Shown: piece after piece, positions 1 through 11,170 of the stretch
Layout of the letters: the number at the start of each line of letters is the position of its first letter
Position numbering within the stretch: the first letter of the stretch is position 1
DNA from: a bacterium
GTDB taxonomy: Bacteria > Armatimonadota > UBA5829
Length of the DNA: 64,000 nucleotides
Direction: 5' to 3'
NCBI GenBank assembly: GCA_021373255.1
Contig: JAJFTD010000100.1
Location: forward strand, 24,636-88,635
Notes under the pieces: model-generated
Told to the model about the DNA's origin: nothing
Seen by the model: the letters and a program-made list of their open reading frames with translations, nothing else
Databases searched by the model: none
Made by a program: the position numbers and the translations under genes

Positions 1-974
1 CTCCCGGTCTCGACCAGATCGAATCAGCCGAGGAAGCGCGTGAGTACCTGCAGAGGCTCAGACAAATCCTGCTCTACCTTGGGGTGTCGGACGTCAAGAT
101 GGAGGAGGGCAGCATGCGCTGTGAGCCCAATATCTCTATCAAACCCAAGGGACAAGTTGAGTTCGGCACCAAGACTGAGATCAAGAACCTCAACTCTTTC
201 CGCGCGGTATATATGGGTGTTGAATACGAACTCAAGCGGCAGGAGAAAGTCCTGCGAGCGGGCGGAAGAGTTGTCCAGGAGACACGGCGATGGGACGACA
301 GCAGGAGCGTAACCGCGTCTATGCGGAGCAAGGAAGTGGAGCAGGAATATCGCTACTTCCCCGAACCTGACCTGGTCCCTATGATCTTCAATGATGAGTG
401 GATTGACGAACTGCACTCTACGATCCCTGAACTTCCGTTGGAGAAAATCAACAGGTTTATAGAGAGTTACAGCCTGCCGCAGGCAGATGCCGAAGTGCTT
501 GCAGACACTCCCGAATTGGCTGACTTCTATGACAACTGCGCGAAGTGCTCCAAGGACCCAAAAGCTGTCGCGAACTGGGTAACTGGTGAGTTCCTGCGTT
601 TGATCAACGCAACCGGCACCCCAGTGGATGCTACCAAACTCACACCGGAGCACATCTGCAGCCTGCTCGATCTTATAGACAAAGGTACTATAAACCGCAA
701 CATTGCCAAGACTGTTTTTGAGGAAATGTTCAACTCAGGCAAACTGCCTGCCGATATAGTAAAGGAAAAGAGTCTCGAACAAGTCACTGATACCGGCGCA
801 ATCGAGGCGGCAGTGGATAAAGTAATAGCGGCTCATTCTGCCGAGGTAGATCGGTTCCGTGCTGGCGAAGAAAAGCTGATCGGCTTCTTTGTTGGACAAG
901 TAATGCGAGAAAGCAAAGGAAAAGCCAACCCCGGTGTCGTAAATAAACTTTTGAAAAGCAAACTTGCCGGCTAG
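1..974 (+). CDS. gatB: Asp/Glu-tRNA(Asn/Gln) amidotransferase subunit B, C-terminal part (5' end lies outside the window)
   Basis: The frame is open from nt 3. The translation ...EAREYLQRLRQILLYLGVSDVKMEEGSMRCEPNISI... matches the GatB core, and the C-terminal GatB/YqeY tail reads KLIGFFVGQVMRESKGKANPGVVNKLLKSKL. Confidence 0.85.
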   Translation, partial: PGLDQIESAEEAREYLQRLRQILLYLGVSDVKMEEGSMRCEPNISIKPKGQVEFGTKTEIKNLNSFRAVYMGVEYELKRQEKVLRAGGRVVQETRRWDDSRSVTASMRSKEVEQEYRYFPEPDLVPMIFNDEWIDELHSTIPELPLEKINRFIESYSLPQADAEVLADTPELADFYDNCAKCSKDPKAVANWVTGEFLRLINATGTPVDATKLTPEHICSLLDLIDKGTINRNIAKTVFEEMFNSGKLPADIVKEKSLEQVTDTGAIEAAVDKVIAAHSAEVDRFRAGEEKLIGFFVGQVMRESKGKANPGVVNKLLKSKLAG

Positions 975-1006
975 GCAAATCTGGTTTGAAAGTCATAATG
1001 TCACAA

Positions 1007-1186
1007 GGTTATAGGGTTGGTAAGAGAAAGGTTCGGGCAGATCTCTGATCTGGCCCGTATTGACAAAATGGCATCTCTGATGCCACCATGTATATTCATG
1101 AGCAATAGGTGTGGGATCGGAGATCCCATTTTGCCCATTTCGGCGCAGATCAGAGATCTGCCCGAACATTGGGTAACCTTATAACT
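1007..1186. repeat. About 180-bp MITE-like or structured-RNA-like element with 22-bp perfect terminal inverted repeats (1031-1052 and 1146-1167) and two internal GATC-rich hairpins (1070-1084, 1113-1127)
   Basis: gttcgggcagatctctgatctg is the exact reverse complement of cagatcagagatctgcccgaac. The outer arms extend imperfectly (ggttatagggttgg versus ggtaaccttataac). The internal hairpins are ggcatc-tct-gatgcc and gggatc-gga-gatccc. The element sits between the gatB stop and the next CDS. Confidence 0.4.
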
Positions 1187-1246
1187 TTATGACCCATAAC
1201 TTTTTCGAAATAGGATTTCTTTCCATTCTTGGAGGAGCTTTCATAG

Positions 1247-2008
1247 ATGAGATTTGGATGTTGCACCGGCGTTGATAACATTGAGGTAGTTCAGAATTGC
1301 GGATATGATTATGTCGAGCTGGGGGTCGGGACAGTAATTCCTGAGTCGCCCGATACCGAGTTCGAGCCGATTCGAGACCGCATAATGGCGTTCGACATCC
1401 TGCCTGAAGCATGGAATGGTATGCTCCCTGGGGATTTAAAAGTTGTTGGTCCTGAAGTCGACAATTATCGCATCGAGCGTTATCTACGTACTGCATTTGA
1501 GCGCATCGAAGAACTCGGAGGCGAGATTGTAGTGTTCGGTTCGGGTAAAGCGCGTGAAGTTCCTGATGGATTCCCGCAGGACGAGGCTGAGGAACAGCTA
1601 GTCGATTTCCTAACGCTTGCAGGTCGCATTGCGGGCACTCATGGCATCACCATTGCAATCGAACCTCTGAACAAGGGCGAGACTAATATCATCAACTCAG
1701 TGAAAGAGGGCATTGAGGTAATGCGTCGCGTGAGCCACCCATTTGTAAAAGTGCTTGCGGACCTCTATCACATGCAGGTAGAAAATGAATCGCTGGACAT
1801 TCTTTTTGAAGCCAATGGCGACCTCGCACATGTGCACACTGCGGATACCGGCAGAATGCAACCCGGCAGCGGTAATTATCCAAACAAAGAGATGATCGAG
1901 ATTCTCAAGAAGATCGGCTATGAGGGTAGGGTGTCAGCTGAGTCCTGTTGGGGTGATTTCAAGGCACAGTGCGGAGAAGTGCTAGAGTTCCTGCGTAGTC
2001 TCAGTTAG
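1247..2008 (+). CDS. Sugar phosphate isomerase/epimerase (xylose-isomerase-like TIM barrel)
   Basis: 253 aa. The N-terminus MRFGCCTGVDNIEVVQNCGYDYVELG and the rest of the protein are typical of AP-endonuclease-2/xylose-isomerase-like TIM-barrel proteins. The upstream Shine-Dalgarno is ggagga. Confidence 0.65.
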   Translation: MRFGCCTGVDNIEVVQNCGYDYVELGVGTVIPESPDTEFEPIRDRIMAFDILPEAWNGMLPGDLKVVGPEVDNYRIERYLRTAFERIEELGGEIVVFGSGKAREVPDGFPQDEAEEQLVDFLTLAGRIAGTHGITIAIEPLNKGETNIINSVKEGIEVMRRVSHPFVKVLADLYHMQVENESLDILFEANGDLAHVHTADTGRMQPGSGNYPNKEMIEILKKIGYEGRVSAESCWGDFKAQCGEVLEFLRSLS

Positions 2009-2088
2009 TCCGCATTAAAGTAAAATATGGCTAGTTGCTTCGTTTTCAATGAGTAACGGCGGAAACGAAGCAACTATGCTTTCTAATA

Positions 2089-2751
2089 TTATTCCCACCT
2101 ATAACTTATCACATAATCGCGAGAAGCCAACTCACCATTTATCGGACTCTCATTGAAATCGCGGGGGATACGCAGCCTGAAGTTAACCACCTGCGCGGTA
2201 CGGTCCAAGCTCTCTTCACGGCCAAGTGAATGCAATTGGACACCATAACTGTTCAACATATCCAGTAGGTCCCCCAGCAATTTCGGCTCATCACGCATGG
2301 TAACTATCAGCGATCTCTCAAGCTGTTTGCTGGCTACCATAACCTCAATTTTTGGCATCAGGCTAAGTACAGAGTAAACCAGCACGCTGGCGAATGTTGC
2401 GAGGAGAATCATCTCCCAACCCGTCGCGACTGCTACTCCAATCGCTGCCACAGTCCAGATGCTCGCCGCTGTGGTAAGTCCTCTGATCACACTGCCCTGA
2501 TGGATAATCGTCCCGGCGCCGAGGAAACCGACACCAGTTACAATCTGTGCTGTAATTCGCGCCGGATCATATTCGGTCCCTGCGATGACGTATGAGCTCA
2601 GCGCAAACAGTGTGGAACCGAAGCAGACCAGTATATGTGTACGCAGCCCGGCGGGGCGACCGTGCGTCTCCCGCTCCAGCCCAATCAGGGCTCCGAGAAG
2701 CACGGACACCACCAGCCTGACCATCATTTCCCAGAATGGGATACTAGTCAC
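2089..2751 (-). CDS. MgtC/SapB family membrane protein
   Basis: 220 aa. N-terminal hydrophobic helices with ...LGALIGLERETHGRPAGLRTHILVCFGSTLFA... are the MgtC signature region, and the C-terminus is a soluble ACT-like domain. Confidence 0.75.
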   Translation of the reverse strand: MTSIPFWEMMVRLVVSVLLGALIGLERETHGRPAGLRTHILVCFGSTLFALSSYVIAGTEYDPARITAQIVTGVGFLGAGTIIHQGSVIRGLTTAASIWTVAAIGVAVATGWEMILLATFASVLVYSVLSLMPKIEVMVASKQLERSLIVTMRDEPKLLGDLLDMLNSYGVQLHSLGREESLDRTAQVVNFRLRIPRDFNESPINGELASRDYVISYRWE

Positions 2752-2815
2752 AGAAAATTATCTCCTCGCCCGCATTATTCACCGTAACCGAATACTGCAA
2801 GCAATAATGCGGTAT

Positions 2816-4573
2816 TCAATGCAATTGCGGGTTGACAGCTACAGCCTGAGCCTTGTCTTCTGATTCTTGATACAGTTTTCGCCGCAGTTCAAGCACGTGG
2901 GCGGTTGCATCATCTATGGAAATCTCTTCCTTGCTCTTTGTAGATCTAAGCCGCACTTCAACTTTGCCCTCTCCGGCAAGCCGTCCGGCAACGACCTGAA
3001 TAGGCGCTCCCATAAGGTCGGTGTCTTTGAACTTGACTCCCGGCCGTTCGTCACGCTCGTCCAACAAGACATCGACTCCCTGCTGCTGCAACTCTTCATA
3101 CAGCCGAGTAGCCGCGTTACACTGCGCCTCATCATCAGGGTTCAACAGGATTACGACAACCTCAAACGGCGCCACAGATATGGGCCAAACCATTCCATCC
3201 TGATCGCTGTTCACCTCGGGGATGGCCGCAAGCATCCGGCTCACACCCATCCCGTAGCAGCCCATAATAAACGGTTTCTCCTGCCCGTCATCGTCCAGGA
3301 AACCTGCGCCCATCTTCTCTGAATATAACGTTCCCAGCTTGAAAATGTGCCCGACTTCCATCCCACGGACAGTGGTAAGCGTGTTCTCACAGCGCGCGCA
3401 GGGGTCACCCTTGGAGGCAACTCGCAGATCACCGAACTCTGATACTTCAAAATCGCGACCGATATTGGCGTTTATATAGTGAGCGTCTGTCTTATTTCCA
3501 CCCACCACAAAGTTCATCATGCCCTGAACTTCCCTATCGGCTACGATCTTGACGCTCTTATCAAGCCCCACAGGACCCGCGAACCCCACATCAGCCTTGG
3601 TCACTCGCAAGATTGTTTCCGGGTCGGCCATTTCAACGGATTTTACACCAAGCATACTCGCCAGCTTGGCTTCATTGAGATCCCTGTCACCGCGCACAAG
3701 GGCAGCCACAACCTGTTCGCCTGCTTTGTAGATGAGCGTTTTAACAAGTTTCTTTGGCGATCTCTTGAGGAATGAAGTCACCTGCTCAATTGTACGCGCG
3801 TTAGGCGTGTCCACCAATTCCAGCGGCTGAAGCTCATCATCCGATTTTTTCACCGGTCGCTCGCCAATTTCTGCCTTTTCAGCGTTAGCAGCGTAGCCAC
3901 ACTTCTCGCAAACCAGGATAATGTCCTCGCCTGAGTCGGCCACCACCATATATTCCTGATTTTCCTTACCGCCAATCGCACCGGATTCAGCTTCTACCAC
4001 CAGCGGAGCAAGCCCACACCTGGCAAATGTGCGAGAGAACGCCGCATACATCTTGTCGTAAGCGCGGTCCAGATCATCCCATGTGCGGTCGAATGAGTAG
4101 GCGTCTAGCATGATAAACTCACGCCCGCGCACCGTTCCACCTCTCGGCCTGGCTTCATCGCGGCCCTTGCTCTGAATCTGATAAAGGTTCAACGGAAGCT
4201 GCCTGTAAGATCGAAGATCCCTTCGGATAATGTCGGTCACAACTTCCTCGTGCGTAAATCCGATGGAGTAGTCCCGGTCATTTCTGTCCTTCAGACGGAA
4301 AAGAACATCCAGGTTCCAGCGCCCCGTCTCCTGGTAAAGCTCAGCAGGGACAATGGCAGGCATAAGGATTTCCTGCGCACCCTGCGCATCCATCTCCTCA
4401 CGGACGACCTTTTCGATTTTCTTGATGACTTTATATCCAAGCGGCAGGTAATCGTATATACCAGCCGCGACTTTACGGATAAACCCTCCGCGCAGCAGTA
4501 GCCTGTGGCTGATCATCTCGGCTTCAGCAGGCACTTCTCTCAAAGTGGGAAAAAACAGTTGTGATGCTCGCAT
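2816..4573 (-). CDS. proS: Proline-tRNA ligase (bacterial type with editing insertion)
   Basis: MRASQLFFPTLREVPAEAEMISHRLLLRGGFIRKVAAGIYDYLPLGYKV... is a canonical ProRS N-terminus. Start chosen at the ATG at 4573, preceded by a gaggga Shine-Dalgarno; the ORF is open upstream to 4633. Confidence 0.9.
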   Translation of the reverse strand: MRASQLFFPTLREVPAEAEMISHRLLLRGGFIRKVAAGIYDYLPLGYKVIKKIEKVVREEMDAQGAQEILMPAIVPAELYQETGRWNLDVLFRLKDRNDRDYSIGFTHEEVVTDIIRRDLRSYRQLPLNLYQIQSKGRDEARPRGGTVRGREFIMLDAYSFDRTWDDLDRAYDKMYAAFSRTFARCGLAPLVVEAESGAIGGKENQEYMVVADSGEDIILVCEKCGYAANAEKAEIGERPVKKSDDELQPLELVDTPNARTIEQVTSFLKRSPKKLVKTLIYKAGEQVVAALVRGDRDLNEAKLASMLGVKSVEMADPETILRVTKADVGFAGPVGLDKSVKIVADREVQGMMNFVVGGNKTDAHYINANIGRDFEVSEFGDLRVASKGDPCARCENTLTTVRGMEVGHIFKLGTLYSEKMGAGFLDDDGQEKPFIMGCYGMGVSRMLAAIPEVNSDQDGMVWPISVAPFEVVVILLNPDDEAQCNAATRLYEELQQQGVDVLLDERDERPGVKFKDTDLMGAPIQVVAGRLAGEGKVEVRLRSTKSKEEISIDDATAHVLELRRKLYQESEDKAQAVAVNPQLH

Positions 4574-4683
4574 ACGTCCCTCGGTTATCAATATATCTAT
4601 CGATTGGCGGTTGACAGTTGGGTCCGGCAACACGCGGTTAATTCATTCTTACGCTAAGTGAGCTCCAAATCCTTCAGGCGAAC

Positions 4684-5133
4684 TCACAGATCAATAGCGA
4701 CAGCTTCCTCACCGCAGTTAGGAAACTTATGGCAGTTGATGCACTCCGACCATATCTTGTGGGGCAGGGTGCCTTTATCTGTGTGTTGGAATCCCAACGC
4801 TTCGAAAAAGCCGGGCACATAAGTAAGCGCGAAAACCTTCGGTATACCCATATCTCGTGCGTCATTTAGGCAAGTTTGCACAAGTTCGCGCCCCAAACCT
4901 TTACCCTGGAAGTGCTGGTCAACGGCCAATGACTTTATCTCCGCAAGGTCGCCCCACGTTACATGCAGCGCGCAGCAACCCACAATACGACCATCAATCT
5001 CCATCACTACGAAATCTCTAATACTCTCATACATCGTATTCAGTGAGCGCGGCAGCATCTCGTCTCGTTCAGCAAAAAAATTAATCAGCTTCTGTAGTTC
5101 CGGCACATCCGGCACCTTTGCCTTGCGGATCAT
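4684..5133 (-). CDS. GNAT family N-acetyltransferase (short amino-acid N-acetyltransferase / N-acetylglutamate-synthase-like)
   Basis: 149 aa. The acetyl-CoA binding motif is QGKGLGRELV. Overall similarity is to short single-domain NAGS-like GNATs. It overlaps the ispG start by 4 nt. Confidence 0.65.
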   Translation of the reverse strand: MIRKAKVPDVPELQKLINFFAERDEMLPRSLNTMYESIRDFVVMEIDGRIVGCCALHVTWGDLAEIKSLAVDQHFQGKGLGRELVQTCLNDARDMGIPKVFALTYVPGFFEALGFQHTDKGTLPHKIWSECINCHKFPNCGEEAVAIDL

Positions 5134-6191
5134 TTGTCCAATCTCTCCACTTCCATCATTAGTTCGTCTACCAGCGCGTCTTCCGGCACAGTTCTCAGTT
5201 TCTCACCTCTTGCGAAGATGATTGCCGACCCCCTACCGCCGGCGATGCCGACATCCGCGAGCGAGGCTTCGCCCGGCCCATTCACAACGCAGCCCATTAC
5301 GGCAACAGTAATCGGCTTGCTGGGTGGATTAGCCTCCAGCCTCTGCCTGACCTCTGTAGCAATTGCGCTAAGGTCAATAGCGCACCGGCCGCATGTGGGG
5401 CACGACACTAGCGTGAACGGCATATCCCGCAGTCCAAGGCTGTTAAGGATTTCGGTTCCAACTTTAACTTCTTCCACAGGATCACCGGTCAGAGATACGC
5501 GAATAGTGTCTCCAATACCTTCAGCAAGCAGTGCTCCGATTCCCACAGAACTGCGTATAGTGCCTTCCCAAGCTGGCCCGGCCTCGGTGACTCCGAGATG
5601 CAGTGGATAATCACACCTACCACTCGCCAGCTCATACGCCTTGATCATCATGGGTACATCAAACGCTTTCAATGAGAGCACAATATCCTCAAAGCCCAAG
5701 CGTTCCAACACACGGACCTCATCCAATCCGCTCTCCACCAGCGCCTCAGCAGACGGCAGCCCATAACGCTCCCGGTCGATCGATCCTGCGTTAACGCCAA
5801 TCCTGATCGGCACCCCTCGCTCCTGTGCTGCGCGAGCGACAGCCTCCACACGGTCCTCAGAGCCAATATTGCCAGGGTTGATGCGCAGCTTGTCTACACC
5901 CGCGTCCAAACTCATGAGCGCAAGCCGGTAATCGAAATGTATATCCGCAACCAGTGGGATAGATATAGCAGCCTTTATCTCTCGAAGAGCCTCAGCCGCC
6001 TCACGAGTGGGCACCGCCGCGCGAATGATATCACATCCTGCTGCTTCCAACCTGTGTATCTGCTCAACCGTCGCTTGAACATCGGTAGTGGGGGTGTTAG
6101 TCATCGACTGCACCGACACCGGTGCGCCTCCGCCTATCTGTACCCCGCCAACATTCACGATCCTGGTTGTCCGTCGTTCTTTCACTGCCAT
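5130..6191 (-). CDS. ispG: 4-hydroxy-3-methylbut-2-en-1-yl diphosphate synthase
   Basis: MAVKERRTTRIVNVGGVQIGGGAPVSVQSMTNT... is the hallmark GcpE/IspG N-terminus. The C-terminal cysteine triad reads CPTCGRC. Confidence 0.9.
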   Translation of the reverse strand: MAVKERRTTRIVNVGGVQIGGGAPVSVQSMTNTPTTDVQATVEQIHRLEAAGCDIIRAAVPTREAAEALREIKAAISIPLVADIHFDYRLALMSLDAGVDKLRINPGNIGSEDRVEAVARAAQERGVPIRIGVNAGSIDRERYGLPSAEALVESGLDEVRVLERLGFEDIVLSLKAFDVPMMIKAYELASGRCDYPLHLGVTEAGPAWEGTIRSSVGIGALLAEGIGDTIRVSLTGDPVEEVKVGTEILNSLGLRDMPFTLVSCPTCGRCAIDLSAIATEVRQRLEANPPSKPITVAVMGCVVNGPGEASLADVGIAGGRGSAIIFARGEKLRTVPEDALVDELMMEVERLDK

Positions 6192-6199
6192 ACTTCCAC

Positions 6200-7747
6200 C
6201 TACTGCGGCACCAAACCCTGTGATAGCTTAAACAAATCAGACCACATAACTGTTATGAACACCAGCGCGAGTATTGCAAATCCCACAAGATTAATCACCT
6301 GCATCTGCTCACTCGTAAATCTCTTTCGCCTGATCTTCTCAACCAACAGCAGCGCCAACTGGCCGCCATCCACAATTGGGATCGGAATCAAGTTAATAAA
6401 CGCAAGACTCAAGCTAAGCGCGCCCAGCATCGTGACCACTGAGTATGACCCGCGTGCTACAGCCGAGCCAGTCATCTTGGCGATCATAATCGGCCCGCCG
6501 ATCTCTTCCTTAATGCGAGAACTGGTGAGCGTAGAAATCAACTGACCCGCAAGATTTTTCGTTATCAGCAGCCCCTTAGATACGGAGTCACTAAAGCCGG
6601 TCTTGATCAACGTCTGCTCAGGCATAAAACCCAGCAGACCCACTGCGGAGTATACGTCAGACTTCATCGCTCGGTAATCCTGTGGAGTCGGTCTGAGTGT
6701 TATATGCCGCAGACCACCCTCACGCCTGATTGTTAGTGAAATGGATTTATTTTCCTGCTTCTCAAGAAGTGCAAGTAGCTGATTACCGGTCTTGATCGAC
6801 TTGCCGTCAGCCTTCACCAGTTGATCGCCGAACTTAATAGCAGACTTCTTCGGTGTCTGGTATGCAATTGCACCCGGGAAGTTCCAACGTACACCCATAA
6901 ACTCGACCCACTCCGTTACCGGAACTGCTTGAGCACGAATAGTTTTACCATTCCGAGCGAGGGTAAGTGTTACCTTACGCTCGCCGTTCGCATTTACGGC
7001 ATCAGCAAACTGCGCACCGGATGTGATCGGTTTACCGTTTATGCTCGCCAGTTTATCACCTTTGCGAATGCCGGCTTTACTGGAAGCACTGCGCTCACCG
7101 ATTTCATCAACCGTTGCCTGCTTACCACTCTTAAATGACCACACAGCACCCAGATACTCTATAGTCCACTGCGGCACGCCGCGCTTCTCAAAGGAATGCC
7201 CGTTACGGCGCACTGACAAAGTAATCTGCTTTCCAGGCATATTGTGGATCAGATCAGTCATCTGGCTGCCTTCGGTGATCTTTTTGCCATTTATTTTGAC
7301 TATTCGATCACCCGCGCGCAGCCCGATCCGGCTGGCTTCGGTCTGTGGACTTACCATCTGGATTCTGTTTTCAGTGGTTCCAATCGGAAAACCCCACAGA
7401 ACGCCCATCGAGGTGAATACGGCTACTGCCAGCACAAAACTGGCTAACGGGCCTGCAAATATCACCACAGCGCGCTTCCATATCGGCTGCGCCTGGAAAC
7501 CGTCGGCGATGTCCTCCTGCCCAGGCTCCATCCCAGCCAATTTAACGAAGCCACCGAGTGGAAATGGATGAATGGTATATTCAGTATCGCCGCGCTTGAA
7601 CAAAGTGAGCAGTTTCGGACCAAAACCCAGGGCGAATTCTTCCACTCGGATTCCCAGCAGCCTTCCGGCTATAAAGTGACCAAATTCATGGAACATAACC
7701 AGCGCCGCGAATATAAATATCAGCGCAAGAGTAGTTTCAATAATCAA
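6200..7747 (-). CDS. rseP: RIP site-2 metalloprotease RseP (M50 family with PDZ domains)
   Basis: The HEFGHF zinc-binding motif is in TM1. Central PDZ repeats are present, and C-terminal TM helices carry an LDGG-like region. Confidence 0.85.
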   Translation of the reverse strand: MIIETTLALIFIFAALVMFHEFGHFIAGRLLGIRVEEFALGFGPKLLTLFKRGDTEYTIHPFPLGGFVKLAGMEPGQEDIADGFQAQPIWKRAVVIFAGPLASFVLAVAVFTSMGVLWGFPIGTTENRIQMVSPQTEASRIGLRAGDRIVKINGKKITEGSQMTDLIHNMPGKQITLSVRRNGHSFEKRGVPQWTIEYLGAVWSFKSGKQATVDEIGERSASSKAGIRKGDKLASINGKPITSGAQFADAVNANGERKVTLTLARNGKTIRAQAVPVTEWVEFMGVRWNFPGAIAYQTPKKSAIKFGDQLVKADGKSIKTGNQLLALLEKQENKSISLTIRREGGLRHITLRPTPQDYRAMKSDVYSAVGLLGFMPEQTLIKTGFSDSVSKGLLITKNLAGQLISTLTSSRIKEEIGGPIMIAKMTGSAVARGSYSVVTMLGALSLSLAFINLIPIPIVDGGQLALLLVEKIRRKRFTSEQMQVINLVGFAILALVFITVMWSDLFKLSQGLVPQ

Positions 7748-7750
7748 TAG

Positions 7751-8923
7751 TTAACTCCTTGTCGCAAGCTCCAGTGTGATGCGCCTGGCTTGCGCGTCTA
7801 CCTCGCATATCTCATCCAGCGATGGACTCGGCTGAGATACGTGGCTTTCCATAGCCCGCCGGACCACATCAGGGATATCAAGATACCCGATCCGGCCTTT
7901 CAAGAATAAATCCACCGCGACCTCGTCAGCCGCGTTCATTACCACAGCCAGTGTGCCTCCGACTCGTGCTGCTTCCATTGCAAGCCCAAGGCACTCAAAC
8001 TTATCAAGATTCACGTCGCGAAATTCCAACGGCCCCGCCTTTAGGATATCTAATCTAGGCAACTGCGTATCCACACGCTCAGGGTAGAGCAGGGCATACT
8101 GAATCGGCAGCCTCATATCCGGTAGCCCAAGCTGGGCGATAATCGATCCATCAGCGTAACGCACCATCGAATGGACAATGCTAGTCGGATGTATTACCAC
8201 CTGAATCCTGTCCGCCTCCACGCCAAAGAGCCACTTAGCTTCAATGATCTCCAGCCCTTTGTTCATCAGTGTGGCCGAATCCACGGTTACCTTCTTGCCC
8301 ATTTTCCAAGTAGGATGAGCAAGTGCCTGCTCTGCGGTAACGTTAACCAGCTCAGTCTTGGCCTTATCTCTAAATGCACCACCAGAAGCGGTTAGAAGTA
8401 TCTTCTCAATGCTCCGGCGGTCCTCGCCATTAAGGCACTGAAAGATCGCCGAGTGCTCACTGTCGATGGGCAACAGCGCCACGCCATGCTTGGCTACTGC
8501 ATCCATCACCAGATGCCCCGCCGCGACAAGCACTTCTTTGCTCGCAAGTGCAACATCCTTGCCTGCTTCAATCGCCCGCAGAGTAGGGGACAACCCCGGC
8601 GTGCCCGCGACCGATATTACTATTCTATCAGCATCCGGCTGAACGGCAAGCTCATCAAATCCGCTCGGCCCCGCGCATACTTCGATACCCGACCCGCCCA
8701 GTTCAGCCGTAACATTTCCCAGCAGCGACTCATCACCAATACACACTATTCGAGGCCGAAACTCCAACACCTGCTGAACGAGAAGATCAACATTTCTCTG
8801 CGCTCCCAAGCCAGTCACCACTACTCGCTCAGGCCCCAATCGCTTTACAACATCCAGCACCTGCGTACCAATGGACCCAGTTGACCCCAACACCGATATT
8901 CGAATAGGTCCTGTTTGCGTCAT
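7751..8923 (-). CDS. dxr: 1-deoxy-D-xylulose 5-phosphate reductoisomerase
   Basis: RISVLGSTGSIGTQVLDVV is the NADPH-binding N-terminus, with Dxr-typical sequence throughout. The start overlaps the uppS stop (TAATG). Confidence 0.9.
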   Translation of the reverse strand: MTQTGPIRISVLGSTGSIGTQVLDVVKRLGPERVVVTGLGAQRNVDLLVQQVLEFRPRIVCIGDESLLGNVTAELGGSGIEVCAGPSGFDELAVQPDADRIVISVAGTPGLSPTLRAIEAGKDVALASKEVLVAAGHLVMDAVAKHGVALLPIDSEHSAIFQCLNGEDRRSIEKILLTASGGAFRDKAKTELVNVTAEQALAHPTWKMGKKVTVDSATLMNKGLEIIEAKWLFGVEADRIQVVIHPTSIVHSMVRYADGSIIAQLGLPDMRLPIQYALLYPERVDTQLPRLDILKAGPLEFRDVNLDKFECLGLAMEAARVGGTLAVVMNAADEVAVDLFLKGRIGYLDIPDVVRRAMESHVSQPSPSLDEICEVDAQARRITLELATRS

Positions 8924-9675
8924 TACTTCTTCGACCCCTCCTCGACTACCGCTCCGAATCGCCGCGTTCTGCCCTGATAGCTCACAATAGATTTAATCAG
9001 CTCGTCCTTGTTGAAGTCCGGCCAAAGTGTATCAGTTACATAAAGCTCCGAATAAGCCGTCTGCCAAAGCAAAAAGTTGCTGACTCGCATTTCCCCAGCA
9101 GTTCGTATGAGCAAGTCGGGATCAGGAAGCTCGGGGTGATACATAAAGCTGGACAACAATTTGTCGTCAATCTGCTCCGGTGTGATCTCACCTGCCGCTA
9201 CCATCCCCGCAGCTTTTCTTGCCGCGTCTATAATCTCATTGCGCCCGCCATAGTTAACAGCTATATTTAGAATAATCCGCGTGTTGTTCCTGGTTTCCTC
9301 GATGTCCTGCTCAAATTGTTCTCTCACCGGTTTTGGAAGCTCGTGCAGCCGTCCGCTGGCCATCATGCGGACGCCCTCTTTCTTCATATACCCAAGTTCA
9401 ACCTTTGCCGCATGCGCGATTAGCTTCATAAGACCGCCTACTTCATCAGCAGGTCTGCGCCAGTTCTCTGAGGAGAATGCATAGGCTGTAATCATCTTCA
9501 CATTAAGATCGGCGGCGGCTAAAAGCAGGTTCTTGAGTGCTTTGTAACCTCTGCGATGTCCTTCAAGCCGGGGTAAACCTCGTCTCGACGCCCATCTGCC
9601 GTTACCGTCCATAATTACAGCAATATGCTTCGGCGATCTTTCCAGGTCAACTTCTACCAGCGGTTTTCGTGCCAC
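8923..9675 (-). CDS. uppS: Isoprenyl transferase (undecaprenyl diphosphate synthase)
   Basis: The HIAVIMDGNGRWA motif and the rest of the sequence are typical of cis-prenyltransferases. Confidence 0.9.
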   Translation of the reverse strand: MARKPLVEVDLERSPKHIAVIMDGNGRWASRRGLPRLEGHRRGYKALKNLLLAAADLNVKMITAYAFSSENWRRPADEVGGLMKLIAHAAKVELGYMKKEGVRMMASGRLHELPKPVREQFEQDIEETRNNTRIILNIAVNYGGRNEIIDAARKAAGMVAAGEITPEQIDDKLLSSFMYHPELPDPDLLIRTAGEMRVSNFLLWQTAYSELYVTDTLWPDFNKDELIKSIVSYQGRTRRFGAVVEEGSKK

Positions 9676-9702
9676 GTGCTACTCCATAAAATCATTCACT
9701 AT

Positions 9703-9740
9703 GCAAAAAGCCCCCTGCCGAACGCACGGACACAGGGGGC
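9703..9740 (-). terminator. Rho-independent terminator/attenuator between frr and uppS
   Basis: Minus-strand transcript reads gccccctg...cagggggc (8-bp GC stem) followed by UUUUU. Confidence 0.55.
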
Positions 9741-9774
9741 CAAGAACCACACATTCAAACAAACCAGCGCCAGC

Positions 9775-11126
<1,352 letters not shown>

Positions 11127-11170
11127 TCACGTTACCAACGCCCAGCACGCAATTACGTGATTCGGAAGAA

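Noticed and set aside
6821-7571. Plus-strand ORFs (105, 182 and 67 aa) within rseP
   Set aside because: They are shadow ORFs opposite the M50 protease gene.
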